A DNA stretch of 52,840 nt from Gaiellaceae bacterium (GTDB lineage: Bacteria; Actinomycetota; Thermoleophilia; Gaiellales; Gaiellaceae): the NCBI GenBank assembly GCA_050697655.1, contig JBOHAB010000001.1, forward strand, positions 1 through 52,840. Direction: 5' to 3'. Under the pieces are notes generated by a model. That model had not been told where the DNA came from. It saw nothing but the letters and a program-made list of their open reading frames with translations, and ran no database searches. How positions within the stretch are numbered: the stretch's first letter is position 1; the number at the start of each line of letters is the position of its first letter. A program made the position numbers and the translations under genes. This document shows, piece after piece, positions 8,671-17,722 of the stretch.

Positions 8671-9585
8671 ATGAGCGGAGCACAAGGTGGGGGCTCAGGT
8701 GGTGCCCTGACCGGCACGATGCGGGTGAAGAGCGGTCTCGCCGAGATGCTCAAGGGCGGCGTGATCATGGACGTCGTCAACGCCGAGCAGGCGAAGATCG
8801 CCGAGGACGCCGGGGCCGTCGCCGTGATGGCGCTCGAGCGCGTCCCGGCCGACATCCGTCGCGACGGCGATGTCTCCCGCATGTCCGACCCGGCGATGGT
8901 CGCCGAGATCCAGGAGGCGGTCACGATCCCCGTGATGGCCAAGTGCCGGATCGGCCACGTCGTCGAGGCGCAGATCCTGCAGGCGCTCGAGGTCGACTAC
9001 ATCGACGAGTCCGAAGTGCTCACCCCGGCCGATGTCGCGCACCACGTGGACAAGTGGGCGTTCGAGATCCCGTTCGTGTGCGGCGCGACCAACCTCGGCG
9101 AGGCGCTCCGGCGGATCAGCGAGGGCGCGGCCATGATCCGGACGAAGGGCGAGGCCGGCACCGGCGACGTCGTCAACGCCGTCACGCACATGCGCGCCGT
9201 CTTCGGAGGCATCCGGCGGCTCGGCGCGCTGCGCAGCGAGGAGCTCTACGCCGAGGCGAAGGAGCTGCGCGCGCCATACGAGCTCGTCCGCTGGGTGGCC
9301 GAGAACGGTCGGCTGCCGGTCGTCACGTTCACCGCCGGCGGGATCGCGACCCCTGCCGACGCCGCTCTCTGCATGCAGCTCGGTGCGGATGGCGTCTTCG
9401 TCGGCTCCGGGATCTTCAAGTCCGGCGACCCGGCGCTGCGCGCGAAGGCGATCGTCGAGGCGACGACGCACTACCGCGACGCCGAGATCCTCGCCCGCGT
9501 CTCGGCGGGCCTCGGCGAGCCGATGGTCGGCATCTCGGCGGCCTCCCTTCTCGAGCCCGAGCGGCTCGAGGTCCGGGGCTGGTAG
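8671..9585 (+). CDS. pdxS: Pyridoxal 5'-phosphate synthase, lyase subunit PdxS
   Basis: The sequence is near-canonical: [44 protein letters not shown]…[11 protein letters not shown]…[10 protein letters not shown]…TKGEAGTG…[10 protein letters not shown]…[11 protein letters not shown]. The start is taken at ATG 8671. Confidence 0.95.
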   Translation: MSGAQGGGSGGALTGTMRVKSGLAEMLKGGVIMDVVNAEQAKIAEDAGAVAVMALERVPADIRRDGDVSRMSDPAMVAEIQEAVTIPVMAKCRIGHVVEAQILQALEVDYIDESEVLTPADVAHHVDKWAFEIPFVCGATNLGEALRRISEGAAMIRTKGEAGTGDVVNAVTHMRAVFGGIRRLGALRSEELYAEAKELRAPYELVRWVAENGRLPVVTFTAGGIATPADAALCMQLGADGVFVGSGIFKSGDPALRAKAIVEATTHYRDAEILARVSAGLGEPMVGISAASLLEPERLEVRGW

Positions 9586-9590
9586 CACGC

Positions 9591-10481
9591 ATGAGCGAAC
9601 TGCCTTGCACTCGCTTCAGGCTCGGAGTCGTCGCGGACATCCACCTGGCGCCGGCGGGCACGCCCGCAACGTCATGGCACGGACCCATCCACGGGGCCCT
9701 GATGCGCAGCCGACTGGGCGCGGCGCTCGCTCGCCTCGACGACGAGACGGTCGGTGCGATCGTGCTCCTCGGTGACCTCATCGAGCATGCAGATCACGAG
9801 TCGCTGGACATCGTGCTTCGCGGCTGCGCCGCCCTGGGCCGTCCGATCTTCGTCGCCTCAGGCAATCACGACCTCGGAGCGGATGAATCGATGCTCGCAC
9901 GTGCCTGTGAGGACGCGGGCGGCTCGGTTGAGCTCCTCAGCTCGCGGGGCGTGCCGCTCGGCAGAGGCCTCCGCATCGCCGGGCAGCCGATCGCACACGC
10001 GGCAGGCGAGGTCAGGGCCTCGGCTCTGCCCGATACCGCGAGCTGGAATGGAGAGACGGCCATCTGGCTCAGCCACTACCCGCCTCTTTCGAGGCGACGG
10101 CAGGCGGTTGCGGCAGGAGTCCTCCACTCAGGCGACCTGACGAACTCGAACGCAGTCGCAGAAGCCCTGCGCGAGCGACGCGCTCCGACCATCGCAGTCC
10201 ACGGCCATCTGCACTTCCGCGACGCCACCTCGGACGGGCACTTGCTCCAGATCGGCACGCCCGCTCTCGCCGAGGCGCCGCACGGGCTCGTCGTCGTCGA
10301 CATCCAACTCGGCAACGAGCTTGTCGTGGAGCTGCGAACGCACGCACTAGAGGCACGAGCAGCGATGACAGCGCGCGCGCCTGCATTCGCTCCCGCTGAC
10401 AGCCGCTGGTCGTATCGCGGCGGCACCTGGTGGTCCGGGTCAGCCGCCGACCACGCCCTCTCAGCCGACGTCGCGAGATGA
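9591..10481 (+). CDS. Metallophosphoesterase (calcineurin-like phosphoesterase)
   Basis: It has the motifs GVVADIHL, LLGDLIEH, ASGNHD and VHGHLH. It is the C-terminal part of listed ORF 8658..10481. The ATG at 9591 lies 5 nt after the pdxS stop. Confidence 0.7.
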   Translation: MSELPCTRFRLGVVADIHLAPAGTPATSWHGPIHGALMRSRLGAALARLDDETVGAIVLLGDLIEHADHESLDIVLRGCAALGRPIFVASGNHDLGADESMLARACEDAGGSVELLSSRGVPLGRGLRIAGQPIAHAAGEVRASALPDTASWNGETAIWLSHYPPLSRRRQAVAAGVLHSGDLTNSNAVAEALRERRAPTIAVHGHLHFRDATSDGHLLQIGTPALAEAPHGLVVVDIQLGNELVVELRTHALEARAAMTARAPAFAPADSRWSYRGGTWWSGSAADHALSADVAR

Positions 10482-11347
10482 ATGTCGACGCGACGGGAGA
10501 GCGGCGGCCGCTCGCGCACGCGGTGGCGCCTGCCTTCGACGGGCTCATCCTCGATCTCGACGGTGTCGTGTGGCTCGGTCTGGTTCCCGTGCCCGGATCG
10601 GTCGACGCGATTGCCGGCCTCCGCGAGTCCGGCGTGCAGATCGTCTTCCTGACGAACGATCCGCGTAGCTCGCGTGCCGACTATGCCGCTCGGTTGACGC
10701 AGCTCGGCATCCCAGCCGAGTCGATCCAGATCGTCACGTCCGGCAGCGCCCTCGCCCGGTACGTCGGGGAGCGCGAAGGGCCGGGTGCTCACGTATTCGC
10801 CATCGGATCGCCGATGTTCAAGGCCGAGCTGGCTGCAAGCGGCCTCAGCCTCTGCGAGGGTCTCGCGGCGCGCGCAGCCAGGGTCGTCGCAGTCGGCGGT
10901 CACGACAGTTTCGACTACGACGAGCTTCGCACCGCCGCGCAAGCCTTGCGACGGGGCGCGACCCTCTACGCCGCAGGGCGCGACGCGGCGTTTCCGATGC
11001 CCGACGGCCCCTGGCCAGGTACGGGCTCGATCGTCGCCGCGGTCGAAGTGGCGGGCGGCACGCGTGCGATCACCGTCGGGAAGCCCGAGCCCTTCGTCTT
11101 CGACCTTGCTCGATCAGCTCTTCGCAAATGCCACCGCATTGCAGTCGTCGGTGACAGCCTCGAGTCCGACATCGTCGGCGGGAAACACGCCGGTCTCGCG
11201 ACCGTCCTCGTCCTGACCGGCACCTGCACGGCCGATGATGTCGCGGTTTCCCCCGTCCAACCAGACATCGTGCTCCCCGATCTCGCCGCCCTGCTCCCCA
11301 AACCGTCCGCGACGCCCGCACCCACGAAACAAGAGCCATGCAGCTGA
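10478..11347 (+). CDS. HAD-superfamily subfamily IIA hydrolase (NagD-like phosphatase)
   Basis: It has LILDLDGVVWLG, FLTNDPRSS, GKPEP and VGDSLESDIVGG. ATG 10478 overlaps the preceding stop (ATGA). Confidence 0.75.
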   Translation: MNVDATGERRPLAHAVAPAFDGLILDLDGVVWLGLVPVPGSVDAIAGLRESGVQIVFLTNDPRSSRADYAARLTQLGIPAESIQIVTSGSALARYVGEREGPGAHVFAIGSPMFKAELAASGLSLCEGLAARAARVVAVGGHDSFDYDELRTAAQALRRGATLYAAGRDAAFPMPDGPWPGTGSIVAAVEVAGGTRAITVGKPEPFVFDLARSALRKCHRIAVVGDSLESDIVGGKHAGLATVLVLTGTCTADDVAVSPVQPDIVLPDLAALLPKPSATPAPTKQEPCS

Positions 11348-12483
11348 GCCCAGATGGGCTGAACGCCTGGCTGAACGAGCATCACTTCGCTGCTCCCCCG
11401 ATCGAATTCGACCTGGGCGCGAGCACTGGGCCGATCTGGACGGTGCGGGACCTGCTCGCGCGCGGCAAGCCGGACGAACAACGTCGGCTGCTGGACCTGC
11501 CGATCTCGTATGCCCACAGCCGCGGAAGCCACGCGCTCAGAACCGCCATTGCCGCCCACGCCTCAGTGGAGCCGGACCAAGTGCAAGTGACGACGGGTGG
11601 AGCCGAAGCGCTCTGGATCATCTTCCTGCTAGCAGCGGAGCCGTCCGCGAACGTCGTCGTGCCCGAGCGCCCGAGCTTCCCCACATTCAACGAGGCGCCG
11701 CGCGCCCTCGGCATGGAGGTTCGCAACTATCGGCTTCGGCGCAAGGACGACTATGACCTCGACGTCGGCGAAATCCGGGGGCTCATCGACGGGAACACGA
11801 AGCTCCTGGTGGTCAACAGACCGCAGAATCCGACGGGAGCCGTCGTCACCGACTCGCAGCTCGCCGAGCTCCATCGGCTGACCGTCGAGCGGGGCGTGCA
11901 GCTCGTCGTCGACGAGGTGTTCCACCCGATCTACCACGGGCCGCCGGTCACGTCAGCCGCACGCCTTCCCGGAACAACCGTCGTCGGCGACTTCTCGAAA
12001 GCCCTGTGCCTCAGCGGCTTGCGACTCGGCTGGATCATCGAGCGAGACTCCGAGCGGATCGAACGCTATGAGCACGCTCGCTCCTACTTCACCGTCTCCA
12101 GCTCGCCGGTCAGCGAAGCGCTCGGCGTACTGGCACTCCGCCAAAGCGACCAAATCTACGCGCGCGCCCGAAGCGTCACGCGAAAAAACTTGGCCCTGCT
12201 GGGCGAGTTCATCGACCGGCACTCGGAACAGCTCGCCTGGGTCCGGCCCGCGGGTGGCTGCACGGCGTTCCCTTGGCTCGTCTCGGGCCGTAGCTCGCGA
12301 GACTTCTGCCGCCAAGCGGCAGCCGCAGGCGTGCTGCTCGCACCCGGCGACCTGTTCGGTGCGCCGGAGCACTTCCGCATCGGCTTCGGGGCTTGCGACC
12401 GGTTCAGCGAAGGCATCGAGCGGTTGTCGGAACTCGTGACGAACTCCGCGTCCTTGGGTCGAGCAAGTCACGCGGTGCCGTAA
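11338..12483 (+). CDS. Class I/II PLP-dependent aminotransferase
   Basis: It has NRPQNPTGAV, VVDEVF and the lysine box FSKALCLSGLRLGWII. It overlaps the previous gene by 10 nt. Confidence 0.8.
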   Translation: MQLSPDGLNAWLNEHHFAAPPIEFDLGASTGPIWTVRDLLARGKPDEQRRLLDLPISYAHSRGSHALRTAIAAHASVEPDQVQVTTGGAEALWIIFLLAAEPSANVVVPERPSFPTFNEAPRALGMEVRNYRLRRKDDYDLDVGEIRGLIDGNTKLLVVNRPQNPTGAVVTDSQLAELHRLTVERGVQLVVDEVFHPIYHGPPVTSAARLPGTTVVGDFSKALCLSGLRLGWIIERDSERIERYEHARSYFTVSSSPVSEALGVLALRQSDQIYARARSVTRKNLALLGEFIDRHSEQLAWVRPAGGCTAFPWLVSGRSSRDFCRQAAAAGVLLAPGDLFGAPEHFRIGFGACDRFSEGIERLSELVTNSASLGRASHAVP

Positions 12484-12572
12484 TCGGGTCCCGGAAAACA
12501 GCGGCTGCGCCTTCGCGCATCCGGACGATCGACCGGCGCGGCCCCGGCGAGCTCACACCGTAGAAGCACGAC

Positions 12573-13436
12573 ATGACGCCGCTCGCCCTCGCGCTCGTCC
12601 TCGCTGCGGCTACAGGTCACGCCACCTGGAACATGCTCCTCAAGCGTGCCGGCGGCGGGCCAGTCTTTCTCTGGCTGACCTTCGCGCTGGGGCTGGCCCT
12701 CTACGCTCCGCTAGCCGCGGGTCTCGTCCTGATCGAGCGGCCGCCCATCGGTCTTCGCGAGCTGACGTTCATGCTCGGCAGCGGCGGCCTCCACCTCGGG
12801 TACTTCTTGCTTCTGGAGCGCGGCTACCGTGCCGGTGACCTCTCGCTCGTCTACCCACTGGCGCGCGGCACCGGTCCTGCCCTGGCCACCGTCGCCGCAA
12901 TTGTCTTCTTCGCCGAGCGCCCGTCGCCGCTCGCTCTCTTCGGCGCGATCCTCGTCGCGTGCGGACTCCTCGTCTTGAGCGGGCCGCGCCGCCTCGTCGA
13001 CCTCGACGCTCCGCGCGCCGCGGCCGCGGTCGGCTACGCCCTGGCGACCGGTTCCTTCATCGCCGCTTACACGCTCTGGGATGCCCATGCCGTCGCCGTC
13101 GTGGCGATCTCTCCCCTGCTGCTGGAGTGGGCTTCGAACGCGGTACGAACGGCGCTGCTTGCGCCGCTCGTGGCTCGCCGCCCGGGCGACGTGGCTTCAA
13201 TCTGGCGCGAGCACCGGACGGAGGTGCTGGGCGTCGCCGCCCTCTCGCCGCTCGCGTACATCCTCGTGCTGTCGGCGCTCGTCTCAACGCCCGTCAGCTA
13301 CGTCTCGCCCGCGCGCGAGCTCAGCATCGTCATCGGTGTCGCGATGGGCTCGTGGCTGCTCGGGGAGGCGGCCGCACGACGTCTCCCCGCGGCGGCAATG
13401 ATCGTCGTCGGCGTCACCGCCCTCGCACTCGGGTGA
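12573..13436 (+). CDS. EamA/DMT-family membrane transporter
   Basis: A 287-aa, highly hydrophobic protein with ~10 predicted helices and a duplicated EamA-like architecture. Confidence 0.7.
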   Translation: MTPLALALVLAAATGHATWNMLLKRAGGGPVFLWLTFALGLALYAPLAAGLVLIERPPIGLRELTFMLGSGGLHLGYFLLLERGYRAGDLSLVYPLARGTGPALATVAAIVFFAERPSPLALFGAILVACGLLVLSGPRRLVDLDAPRAAAAVGYALATGSFIAAYTLWDAHAVAVVAISPLLLEWASNAVRTALLAPLVARRPGDVASIWREHRTEVLGVAALSPLAYILVLSALVSTPVSYVSPARELSIVIGVAMGSWLLGEAAARRLPAAAMIVVGVTALALG

Positions 13437-13613
13437 TCTCTTCCCCGACGCCGTGCTCGGCGAAGGCCGCCGGGCTCGGTCGGAGCCGGACTCGGGTCAA
13501 TACGCGGCCGGGAACGTGGATGACCGACAGTCAGCGCCCACCCGGGCTCTATCACGACGTCATCTCACCACGGTTCGCGGGAGCAGGTGAGGAGCGGCGC
13601 TCAATAAGTAGTT

Positions 13614-13635
13614 TATGGGTGACTGGTCACCCATA
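13614..13635. promoter_or_regulatory. 22-bp perfect palindrome (TATGGGTGAC-TG-GTCACCCATA), candidate TetR operator overlapping a TATAGT -10 box
   Basis: The arms 13614-13623 and 13626-13635 are exact reverse complements. TATAGT at 13634-13639 sits immediately upstream of the TetR start region. Confidence 0.55.
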
Positions 13636-13637
13636 TA

Positions 13638-14258
13638 GTGTTTCGGATAGTGGCAAGGGTTTCAGCGGACACTAAGCAGGTGACCCGGGCGAGGTTGCTC
13701 GTTGCCGCGGCGGAGGAGTTCGGGCGGGTCGGCCTTGCACGGGCCAATGTCGATGCGATCTCGCTCGCGGCAGGTTGCGGCAAGGGCACGATCTACAACT
13801 ACTTCCCCTCCAAGGAGGAACTGTTTCTGGCCGTGGTCGGGGAGGCATCGGCGCAGGCTGCCGCGTCCGGCTCGGCACCGGACGCGGCCCCGGCCAGGGA
13901 ACGGCTCGCGGCGACGCTCGCCGGATTCTGCGCCTGGGCGGGCGAGCACGACCCCTTCGCCCGGGTGCTCGTACGAGAGTGCCTAATGGGCACGCCCGAG
14001 CTGCAGGGACGCGTGGCCAGGGCTGAAGAGCCGCTCCTGGCAGCGATCGAAGCGATCTTGCACGAAGGAGCGCGACGCGGGGAGCTTCGAGACGACATGC
14101 CGGCCGAACTTCTTGCCCTCGCGATCGCGGGCCTCACCGATCTCGCGCTCGCCCAGCATTGGGCCTCCGGCGGCACGAGCCCTGCGCTCGCCGACATCCC
14201 CGAGCTCGTGCTCGGCCTGCTGCTCGGGCCACCGTCGCCGGCCACAGCCCGGGCGTGA
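13638..14258 (+). CDS. TetR-family transcriptional regulator
   Basis: It has the HTH TRARLLVAAAEEFGRVGLARANVDAISLAAGCGKGTIYNYFPSKEELF. If TATAGT (13634-13639) is the -10, the real start is more likely GTG 13650 (near-leaderless). Confidence 0.85.
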   Translation: MFRIVARVSADTKQVTRARLLVAAAEEFGRVGLARANVDAISLAAGCGKGTIYNYFPSKEELFLAVVGEASAQAAASGSAPDAAPARERLAATLAGFCAWAGEHDPFARVLVRECLMGTPELQGRVARAEEPLLAAIEAILHEGARRGELRDDMPAELLALAIAGLTDLALAQHWASGGTSPALADIPELVLGLLLGPPSPATARA

Positions 14259-15877
14259 CTGCCGACACGGACGTGCTCGTCGTCGGCGCCGGCCCGACCG
14301 GCCTCACCCTCGCCGCGCAGCTCAGCGCCTACGGCGTCACGGCTCGGATCGTCGATCGCCAGCTCGACCGCGTGCACGAATCGCGCGCACTGGTCATGCA
14401 GCCGCGCTCGCTCGAGGTCCTGCGCGGGCTCGGCATCGCCCAGAGGTTGGTCGAGCGCGGAAACGACTCCGTCCAGCTGCGCGTGCACTTCGGCAACCGC
14501 GTCGTCGGCACGCGGCTCTTCGATATCGGGCTCGAGGACACGGCGTACCCGTTCCTGCTCTTCATCTCGCAAGCAGAGACGGAGGCGATCCTGAACGAGC
14601 ATCTCGCCGCGCGGGGCATGCCGGTCGAGCGTGGGGTCGAGCTGATTGCCTTCTCGACGAGCGCTGAGGAGATCACCTGCACGCTTCGGCACGCGGATGG
14701 AAGGATCGAGCGTGCGCGCTGCCGCTATCTCGTCGGCTGCGACGGCGCCCACAGCACCGTTCGCGAGGGAGCGGGGATCGCGTTCGAGGGCGGTACCTAC
14801 CCACAGACGTTCGTGCTCGCCGACCTCGAGGTCGACGGCGAGCTCGAGCCTGGCGCCGGGCACGCCTTCCTCGGCGACCGAGGCATCCTGCTCTTCTTTC
14901 CGCTCGGGGTCCCGGCGACCTGGCGGATCGTGGGGATGCGCCCGAGCAAGGACGCCCACGACCTCGGGCAAGAGACGGAGCAGCTCTCGCTCGAAGAACT
15001 GCAACGGATCTGCGACGGCTTCACCGGCGGCACGCTGAGCCTGCGCGATCCGGTCTGGCTGACCTACTTCCGGCTCCACCACCGCCAGGCCGCCCGCTAC
15101 CGGACCGGGCGCACCTTCCTCGCCGGCGACGCAGCCCACGTCCACAGCCCCGCCGGCGCCCAAGGCATGAACACCGGCATCCAGGACGCCTGGAACCTCG
15201 GCTGGAAACTCGCGCTCGTCGCGCGTGGAATCGCCGATCCGGCGCTGCTCGACTCCTACGATCCGGAGCGCCTCCCCGTCGGCCGCTTCGTGCTCCGCTT
15301 CACCGACCGCGCCTCGACGATCGCGACGTCCGACAGCGCCGTCGTCCGCCTGACGCGCACCCGGATCGCGCCACTGCTGCTACCCCCACTCCTCCGCTTC
15401 CGCAAGGGACGGACGTTCGGCTTCCGGACGATCGCGCAGCTCGCCATCAGCTACCGGAACAGCCCCGCCGTTGAGGAGGATCCGAGCGCGCCACGAATCG
15501 GTCCCAAAGCCGGTGACCGGCTCCCGGACTCCCGCATCATCTCGGGCGGTCGAGAATGCTGGCTCCACGACGCTCTCGCAGCGCCCGCCTTCCACCTGCT
15601 CCTCTGCGGGCCCGTTGCCGACTGGCCCGCAGACCAGCTCGTCGCCATGCAAGAACGATACGGCGACCTGCTGGCCGTACACCGGCTAACGCGCGAGCCC
15701 GGCCCTGGGATCCTGCTCGACCCGAGCGGCAAGACGCTCGCCCGCCTCGGCGCCCAGCAGGCCGTGCAGTACCTCGTCCGCCCCGACGGCCACATCGGCT
15801 TCCGGTCCGGTGGACGCGACACGCTCGCCACAGCGCGCTATCTCGACCGCTGGCTACCCCGCTTCGGCCGGCGATGA
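14255..15877 (+). CDS. FAD-dependent aromatic-ring monooxygenase/hydroxylase (PheA/TfdB-like)
   Basis: It has DVLVVGAGPTGLTLA (GxGxxG), GCDGAHSTVRE and LAGDAAHVHSPAGAQGMNTGIQDA. GTG 14255 overlaps the TetR stop (GTGA). Confidence 0.85.
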   Translation: MTADTDVLVVGAGPTGLTLAAQLSAYGVTARIVDRQLDRVHESRALVMQPRSLEVLRGLGIAQRLVERGNDSVQLRVHFGNRVVGTRLFDIGLEDTAYPFLLFISQAETEAILNEHLAARGMPVERGVELIAFSTSAEEITCTLRHADGRIERARCRYLVGCDGAHSTVREGAGIAFEGGTYPQTFVLADLEVDGELEPGAGHAFLGDRGILLFFPLGVPATWRIVGMRPSKDAHDLGQETEQLSLEELQRICDGFTGGTLSLRDPVWLTYFRLHHRQAARYRTGRTFLAGDAAHVHSPAGAQGMNTGIQDAWNLGWKLALVARGIADPALLDSYDPERLPVGRFVLRFTDRASTIATSDSAVVRLTRTRIAPLLLPPLLRFRKGRTFGFRTIAQLAISYRNSPAVEEDPSAPRIGPKAGDRLPDSRIISGGRECWLHDALAAPAFHLLLCGPVADWPADQLVAMQERYGDLLAVHRLTREPGPGILLDPSGKTLARLGAQQAVQYLVRPDGHIGFRSGGRDTLATARYLDRWLPRFGRR

Positions 15878-15880
15878 CTC

Positions 15881-15910
15881 GCCGTAGCGAACTAGGGCCT
15901 GCGCTACGGC
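15881..15910 (+). terminator. Stem-loop after the monooxygenase stop (GCCGTAGCG-12 nt-CGCTACGGC), no U-tract
   Basis: Perfect 9-bp inverted repeat at 15881-15889 / 15902-15910. It is bracketed by a 15-nt direct repeat CGGCGATGACTCGCC (15869-15883 and 15907-15921). Confidence 0.3.
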
Positions 15911-15970
15911 GATGACTCGCCTGCGGGGTGCACAAACTCGATTTCCCTGCAAGACAGCCACTCAGCCTTT

Positions 15971-17431
15971 ATGGCTGACGTCACCGCGGCACGGGACGGA
16001 TCACGCCGAAAAACTCAGAGACTGACCGTGTTCAAGGTGTGGCCGACCAAGCACGATCGAGAGGCGTTTCGCGCGGTGATGAGTGGAGACGGTGTTGGGA
16101 GCTCGCTCGAGAAACATCGCGTCGTTCACGCGTTTCGCTTCTTCGAGGAAGCCGTCTCGGAGTGGGGTTCCGCGATACCGGAGGCTGAGCGCGGTCTCCA
16201 TTTCCAAGCATTCGAAGCCGTTGTTCGATCACAACTGCACATCGTGTGGATTGACCTCGACGGTCGCGACAACGCCCAGGTCATCTTCGAGACGCTCAAC
16301 GATCGAGGTGCGCCACTGAACGCAATCGACCTGGTCAAGAACCTCGTCTTTCAGCACCAGTACGGCGGCGACCAGGCCGAAGAGCTGTACGAACAGCACT
16401 GGTCGTGGATAGAGGACGACTGGTGGCAGCGGAAGATTCGGCTTGGCCGGCTTGACCGCGTCCAAGCGGACGTCTTCCTGCAGCACTGGCTCCAGATGGA
16501 ACTCGGCCGAGAAGTCAATTCCGACTTCCTGTTCAAGTCCTTCGCGCAGATGCTCGAGGCCGAGGCGCCGGATGTGAAGGCGCTGATCCCGCAGTTCGCT
16601 GAGGACGCCCGCCTCTATCGCTCATTCTCGTCGCAGCTCCAGGGATCGGCCAGACAAGAGTTCTTTTCGCGCTTGAACGTCCTGAACACGACCACGCCGT
16701 TCCCGCTGGTGCTCTTCCTGTTCAAGCAACCACAAGACGTCTTGAACTCTGAGGACGTCGACAGATGCCTGGAGACGATCGAGGACTACCTCGTGCGTCG
16801 GATGCTTTGGCGTGGAACCGCCCAGGGATACAACCGACTGTTCACCGAGCTCGTGAAGGAGGTCAAGCAGGCTCCGCGGGACGCGCCGGAGATCATCGCG
16901 CGACAGCTCGCTGACGCGGAGGGGAGCTCGCGACTGTGGCCACGCGACTCCGACTTGTTTCCCGTCCTGAGCGAAAGCCGAGCATATGGGTCGGAAGCCA
17001 TCGCGAGAAACCGACTTCTCGACGTTCTCTGGGAGGTGGAGCGACGCCGCCTCCGCTCCGCCAAGCACGAGCAGCTCGACAGGCCGCCGGGTTTGCAGAT
17101 CGAGCACGTGATGCCGCAGTCGTGGAAGAAGAACTGGCCCCTGCCAGACGTCACGGGAGAATCTGCTGAGTTGCTTGAGGGCCAGCGGAACGTCGCGATC
17201 AACCGGCTCGGAAACCTCACACTTGTGACCGGCGCACTGAATCCCGCGCTCTCCAACGCGGCTTGGCCGACAAAGCGCCCGGGTCTTGCTCAACATAGCC
17301 TCCTCGCGATGAATCAGCAGCTGGTCGAGATGTACCCCGAGACGTTCGACGAGGCCGCGATAGCCGCTTGCAGTAACGAGTTAGCGAGACACGTGCTGGC
17401 GGTATGGCCGGGACCGCCGTCTGACCCCTAG
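15971..17431 (+). pseudogene. C-terminal two-thirds of a GmrSD-type protein: second half of DUF262 plus the DUF1524 His-Me-finger nuclease domain
   Basis: The frame is open from 15896. It has TVFKVWPTKHDREAF and NAQVIFETLNDRGAPLNAIDLVKNLVF (second conserved DUF262 block). It also has the DUF1524 motifs LQIEHVMPQSW and NRLGNLTLVTGALNPALSN. It lacks the DGQQR N-terminal block, which sits at 2898-3330. Confidence 0.75.
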
Positions 17432-17722
17432 ATTCCTCGCGTCGCTCACCTGTGCGCAACCGTGCCCCGCGGGCCAGCGGACTGGCGACAAAGTTCATCG
17501 GGGAGGCTCAGAGCTCTTCGGGGATGGATTCGCGGGCGTCGGCCCCGTCGTGCTACGCGTTTCTCGCGCCGGGGAGCCTACTGGCGAATCGCCCGGCGAA
17601 GCCAAGGACGAGGACGGCTCGTCCCTGCCACCACCATGACACCACCAGGACGCGACAAGGCGGCCTGCACGACCTTGGCGAACCGCATGGTTGAGCCAAA
17701 TCGGCTCAGCCAGAGACGCGCT

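Noticed and set aside
8658-10481. A 607-aa ORF spanning pdxS and the next gene, which could be read as a large fusion protein
   Set aside because: Its first ~310 residues are Arg/Gly/Asp/Pro-rich shadow sequence in an alternative frame of the unmistakable pdxS gene. Only the part from ATG 9591 (the metallophosphoesterase motifs) looks like protein.
9586-12483. pdxT (the glutaminase subunit) directly downstream of pdxS
   Set aside because: None of the three downstream proteins has the class I glutamine amidotransferase Cys-His-Glu signature. They carry metallophosphoesterase, HAD-IIA and aminotransferase motifs instead.
17432-17722. The 290-nt gap between the DUF1524 fragment and fabI as a possible sRNA or element end
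   Set aside because: Only short hairpins are present (e.g. TGAGCC-AAATC-GGCTCA downstream of fabI, probably its terminator). I found no long inverted repeat, promoter-like boxes or coding signal.
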